Shown here: positions 22,365 through 26,882 of the stretch, piece by piece
Layout: each line of letters starts with the position of its first letter
Position numbering within the stretch: the first letter of the stretch is position 1
The notes under the pieces: model-generated
The model's input: the letters and a program-made list of their open reading frames with translations, nothing else
Database searches by the model: none
Told to the model about the DNA's origin: nothing
Source of the DNA: Octopus sinensis
Taxonomy: Eukaryota
Reading direction: 5' to 3'
Length of the DNA stretch: 26,882 nt
Assembly: GCF_006345805.1 (NCBI RefSeq)
Contig: NW_021835677.1
Span: 1 to 26,882 of the forward strand
Translations under genes and position numbers: made by a program

Positions 22365-22580
22365 TATTTCTTTATTACCCACAAGGGGCTAAACATAGAA
22401 GGGACAAACAAGGACAGACATAGGTATTAAGTCAATTACATCGACCCCAGTGCGTAATTGGTACTTAATTTATCGACCTCGAAAGGATGAAAGGCAGAGT
22501 CGACCTCGGCGGAATTCGAACTCAGAACGTAACAGCAGACGAAATACGGCTACGCTAACGATTCTGCCAGCTCGCCACCT
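22365..22580 (-). mobile_element. SINE family B, tail type 1, with 14-17 bp TSD
   Basis: (cct)tagattaaaatacc at 22348-22364 and 22578-22594. Confidence 0.92.
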
Positions 22581-22676
22581 TAGATTAAAATACCGGTGTG
22601 TATAATATAATTAATGTGCATAAAGATGTGGAATGGCACTAGATGTAATATTTTGTCTCAGAGAGAAAACTCTTAA

Positions 22677-22920
22677 CCCTTTACTGCGAAAATCAAACGT
22701 ATCCACTCAAAAATTTCCTTATCCTTAACTGTGGAAATCAGTTTTATATACTAATCTACCTTTTGTTGAAGAATACCATGTTTGAAATATTTTTTTGTTG
22801 AGATATGTCAAGTTTATTGAGACAACATGACTTGCAGAAAATGCCAATTCTATTTATTGGTAGATATTTAACATCGTTACTGGAATAACCACAGAAGCTG
22901 TTAATTTTGCAGTTAAAGGG
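22677..22920. mobile_element. piggyBac-type MITE, 244 bp
   Basis: TTAA at 22673-22676 and 22921-22924; TIR CCCTTTACTGCGAAAAT versus reverse complement CCCTTTAACTGCAAAAT. Confidence 0.8.
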
Positions 22921-22962
22921 TTAAAGAAATGTGTGTGTTAAAAACGCAGGTCTTCACTCAGA

Positions 22963-22999
22963 AAACACCGTGTTTCGACTTGATTTGGTCTCGTCAACA
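22963..22999 (-). ncRNA. Degenerate hammerhead-like motif (possible Penelope relic)
   Basis: Minus strand TTGACGA-GAC(CAAATCAA)GTC-GAAACAC-G-GTGT-T. C3 is replaced by U and there is no convincing stem I. Confidence 0.3.
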
Positions 23000-23037
23000 C
23001 AAATACTCCGGATGCTTTGAGCTTAGACGAAATATAT

Positions 23038-23203
23038 AGGCGCAGGAGTGACTGTGTGGTAAGTAGCTTGCTTACCAACCGCATGGTTCCAGGTTCAGTC
23101 CCACTGCGTAGCATCTTGGGCAAGTGTCTTCTGCTATAGCCTCGGGCTGACCAATGCCTTGTGAGTGGATTTGGTAGACGGAAACTGAAAGAAGCCTGTC
23201 GTA

Positions 23204-23291
<88 letters not shown>

Positions 23292-23517
23292 ATATGTTTG
23301 TGTGTCTGTGTTTGTCCCCCCCCCACCATCGCTTGACACCGATGCTGGTGTGTTTACGTCCCCGTCACTTAGCGGTTCGGCAAAAAGAAAACCGATAGAA
23401 TAAGTACTAGGCTTAACAAAGAATAAGTCCCGGGGTCGATTTGCTCGACTAAAGGTGGTGCTCCAGCATGGCCGCAGTCAAATGACCGAAACAAGTAAAA
23501 GATTAAAAAAGAGTAAA
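23038..23517 (+). mobile_element. Full-length SINE family A with expanded internal (TA)n
   Basis: Collinear with 10708-11125. Confidence 0.88.
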
Positions 23518-23572
23518 TATGAGTTATCGCAGAGAGCCAATATTACAACAATGCTGTAAATAAAACCCTTTA

Positions 23573-24081
23573 TCTATATATCTGTAGTTGTGTGAGTGTC
23601 TGTCCCCTTCGATTTAGATTCCTAACTACTCCCACATTTTGCGGTGCAGTTTAACCAAATTCGGGTATCTTATAGTCGTGATTCATATCGAGCCCGTCTG
23701 AGTATTAGCGCGCGTCTACGATGAGTCTACGATTTTAAAAATAATTTAACATCATTTTTTATTCCATTTTAATGCATAATTTTTCGTGTGTCTATGGCGG
23801 CGGAGTTGGCGTCCATGGTCACACCTGCACCTGTGTTTGCTTCTCCCCCTTCTTCCCTCCCTTTTGAAGCTGTGGGGAAGGGAGTGTAAGGAAATCAACG
23901 TCGTAAAGCGTTGTCAAGGAGACTAGCGTTCTTTTAGAACAACGACTTCATGGCTTAAAGACACCAAAACAGAAATGGCTAAGAAAGCCCGAATTGGAAT
24001 CTATAAGGGAAGTAACTCTCTGAAAATGCTTATATAGTTATTTCCCTTACAAACCCGAGCAACGCCGGGCGATACTGCTAG
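23573..24081 (+). mobile_element. Complete non-autonomous Helitron, 509 bp
   Basis: Inserted between A (23572) and T (24082); starts TCTATATA, ends CTAG (24078-24081); GC hairpin CCCGAGCAACGCCGGG at 24054-24069; no TSD. Confidence 0.8.
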
Positions 24082-24454
24082 TTTAAAATAAAGTGTAGAA
24101 ATTAATCTTTGCTTCATATAACTGAATCGTCATCTAATCTAAATCAGTGAATAGCTTAGTATTTCCAGTGTCGTTACCCTGTATCTGAGATTAATATGCA
24201 TCCGTCATGGTAGTCATATTTGATATTGCTTCAGGGAAACAATAATCATTGCAATATTTATCAAGCAGTTTCAGGCCATATTTGTGCTTTTTTTTCATTA
24301 CTGAGAAAGCAAAGCAGTTTCCACTATTGGAATTTACATATCAATTCTCAATTTTGATGTGATAAGAATTCGTACAATTGAATAGTCTTTATACCTAGGA
24401 GTTTAAGAGCAAATACAGTGACATCCATAAAGGAATTTCCCCCGGTAGCACCTT

Positions 24455-24514
<60 letters not shown>

Positions 24515-24530
24515 TAATAATAATAAATAA

Positions 24531-25055
24531 CCTGATGTAGTACCAAGCACGGGTTCTCATGGCATTTGATCTTGATTTTGTCTTGGTATAAAAGATGAGA
24601 TACAGCAAATATTCTGCTCAATACCAGATATTTGCTTGTCAGTTGTTTGACCTTAACCAGTTGAGCATGCCCCTTGGTGGCTGGCGATATGTACCTCTCT
24701 GATTACGAGCAGAAGTAGTGGGGGGAGCATCATAGCCATGAGTTGAGAGGAATTCTTTGGAGTTCGGATAATTCACCTCTGAAAATATGGGTATTTTGTT
24801 CAACATCCTTAAACAAACCTTATTCAGGAACCATTTGAGCGGGATAGGCTACTCGACGTGAAGAAAATTCTAACTGGGTCCCACCTGCAAGGCCATGCGC
24901 TATTTATCTTGATATGAGATCACCATGTCGCGCACGTATGGTTGTGATGCATGTGCCTGTTGTACCCTTATCAGACGAGTGGTTATGATGGGCATGCTGG
25001 GCTTCGTATATTTTACCCCAGTGGCACTTTGATGGAATGTACTGCTCCCTCACTC
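24531..25055 (+). mobile_element. 525-bp non-coding interspersed element embedded in (AAT)n
   Basis: Complex sequence with sharp junctions to (AAT)n on both sides (24457-24530 and 25056-25100); ends ctcactc-aataat; no ORF in the track. The strand is inferred. Confidence 0.65.
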
Positions 25056-25100
25056 AATAATAATAATAATAATAATGATAATAATAATAATAATAATAAT

Positions 25101-25204
25101 CCTTTCTGCTGTAGGCACTGGGCCTGAAATTTGTGAGGGAGGGGCTAAGTCAATAGTATCGACCCCCGTATTTCACTGGTACTTATTTTATCAACCACGA
25201 AAGG
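25101..25204 (-). mobile_element. SINE family B 3' half, tail type 3
   Basis: Part of the core plus tail aaatttcaggcccagtgcctacagcagaaagg running into (ATT)n; head missing. Confidence 0.7.
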
Positions 25205-25333
25205 TTCAAATTCCGGCGAAGTCGACTTTGCCTTTCATCCTTCGGGGTCGATTAAATAAATACCAGTTACGCACTGGGTCGATATAATCGACTTCATCTC
25301 TTGTCTGTCCTCGTTTGTCCCCTCTATGTTTAG
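25204..25333 (+). mobile_element. SINE family B partial copy with tail type 1 body
   Basis: gttcaaattccggcgaagtcgactttgcctttcatcc...tttgtcccctctatgtttag; the A-box region and terminal motif are missing. Confidence 0.8.
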
Positions 25334-25353
25334 GCAATGAATATGTCTGTAGG

Positions 25354-25472
<119 letters not shown>

Positions 25473-25537
25473 ATCTATATATATATATATATATAACAAA
25501 CTTAAAAGCGTCGAGTGGGTTTGTATTTTACAGAAAA

Positions 25538-25686
25538 TAAATTTGGAACACGGAATAGGTGCGGAAACAGCCTAAAGCTACAGGGTTCGATTCTCGGTAG
25601 CCGTCTGCTGGCAACTTTTCCCGTCTTCTAGAGGTATTAACCCTATGTTTTAGGCTGTTTTCATAGCTATTCCGCGTTCAAAATTA
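25538..25686. mobile_element. MITE-like element with imperfect 48-bp inverted arms
   Basis: aatttggaacacggaataggtgcggaaacagcctaaagctacagggtt versus the reverse complement of 25639-25685, aattttgaacgcggaatagctatgaaaacagcctaaaacatagggtt; TA at both outer ends. Confidence 0.6.
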
Positions 25687-25883
25687 GGCATTACGATATC
25701 AACAGCCTGGTGTGGAATTCAACTTATGAACGAAGCATTAGTCGAGTAGAACGCAGTGACAACAAAATTGAGATGACAAAATAATTAGCAATTAGCTAAT
25801 GAACAGCTGTTTCTGCTACAAAGATGCAGTAGCCTCATAACTAAGTCTCTGAGAATCACCTTATAACTTCATTGAAGTCTCTG

Positions 25884-25945
25884 TAATAGAAGACACTTGC
25901 CCAGGTGCCACGCAGTGAGACTAAACCCAGAACCATGTGGTTGGG
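25884..25945 (-). mobile_element. SINE family A fragment (B-box and CORE-like region)
   Basis: Reverse complement ccaaccacatggttctgggtttagtctcactgcgtggcacctgggcaagtgtcttcta. Confidence 0.75.
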
Positions 25946-26613
25946 CGTAGAAGATGTATGATTCTGTGCATGGAAGTACAATATCGTGATAGTTTCATTC
26001 TTTAACAAGTATTAAGCCAATGCATTTATCGTAAATAAATTACATTGTACGAGTACCGTATTTTAGTTTTATCTTCTTTCACATAAACTTTATTGCCGCT
26101 TAAAGTTTAGCCAAGAGAAGTGCCAAGCAGAGTGTGAAACTCGTATTTCAGGTTTTACTGTTTTGCCTAACAGCGATCGGCCGCCAGGGTGGCTTACCAC
26201 CGATATGGTTTTGTTATCTCTCACTCGTTGCAAATAGCTGATTGGTTCATTAAAAAGAAAAGATTATTTGGTATTTATGAGTAAGAACAGATAAAGATTT
26301 TCAATATTGTGCAGCTAGATGGTTATCCGTTAAACTTGGTATTCCTAAGAGAATTTTTTATCTTCCTTAGAGAATTTTCATCATACTGGGAGATTTTTTA
26401 TTTCGATAATTAAAAACTGTTTCCAGAGGTGGCAGAGTCATTAAATAATGTAAGATATATATCAGGTGTGGGATATGAATGCAAAGGAAGCAGGTATAAT
26501 GAGATAATGAGATGATGTACCCCCCTCCCATAACTGCCGATGTACCGTTAGCAATCTTTCGTAAGTTTGTGCAAACAGACTGTGATACTTTGACTTGCTT
26601 TTACTATTTTATT

Positions 26614-26761
26614 ATTGGTTTCAAATTTAGGCACAAGGCCATCAATTTCGGGGAAGGGGTTAAGTCAACCTCGGCGGAATTTGAACTCAGAATGTTGTGA
26701 CGGACGAAATACCGCTAAGTACTTCGCCTGGCGTGCTAACGATTCTGCTGCCTCGCCGCCT
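26614..26761 (-). mobile_element. SINE family B, tail type 2, core deleted
   Basis: Head and tail present; the segment between the two internal aagtc(g)a repeats is missing. Confidence 0.8.
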
Positions 26762-26791
26762 TTAAGTATTTTATTATTAGTAACAATTATA

Positions 26792-26882
26792 AGGCGGTGA
26801 GTCGGCAGAATCGTTAGCCGTGCAAAATGCTTAGCGGCGTTTCGTCCGGTTTTATGTTTTGATTTCAAACCCTGCTGAGGTC
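26792..26882 (+). mobile_element. SINE family B head, running off the window end
   Basis: aggcggtgagtcggcagaatcgttagc...aaatgcttagcggcgtttcgtcc. Confidence 0.75.

Overview
AT-rich, repeat-saturated eukaryotic non-coding DNA (intronic or intergenic). I infer a coleoid cephalopod, most likely Octopus, because I recognise the tRNA-derived SINE families; this was not database-checked. No intact host gene can be supported. Most ORF-track entries are microsatellite read-through, and the rest are retroelement relics or unrecognised. The window holds three tRNA-SINE families (called A, B and C here), five pieces of L1/Tx1-like LINEs, an R4/Dong-like RLE retrotransposon inside (TAA)n, Penelope-type hammerhead-ribozyme-like motifs, two Helitron-like elements, two TTAA (piggyBac-type) MITEs, two foldback elements and a probable MULE transposase relic. 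The most interesting signal is a microsatellite-centred retroposon system. Tx1-like LINEs sit in (ATCT)n or end in (ATT)n, share a conserved 3' terminus and a covarying 3'UTR stem-loop, and one SINE-B subfamily carries the same 3' terminus, suggesting a Tx1-mobilised, tail-swapping SINE. Coordinates were read by eye; ends of degraded elements are approximate.
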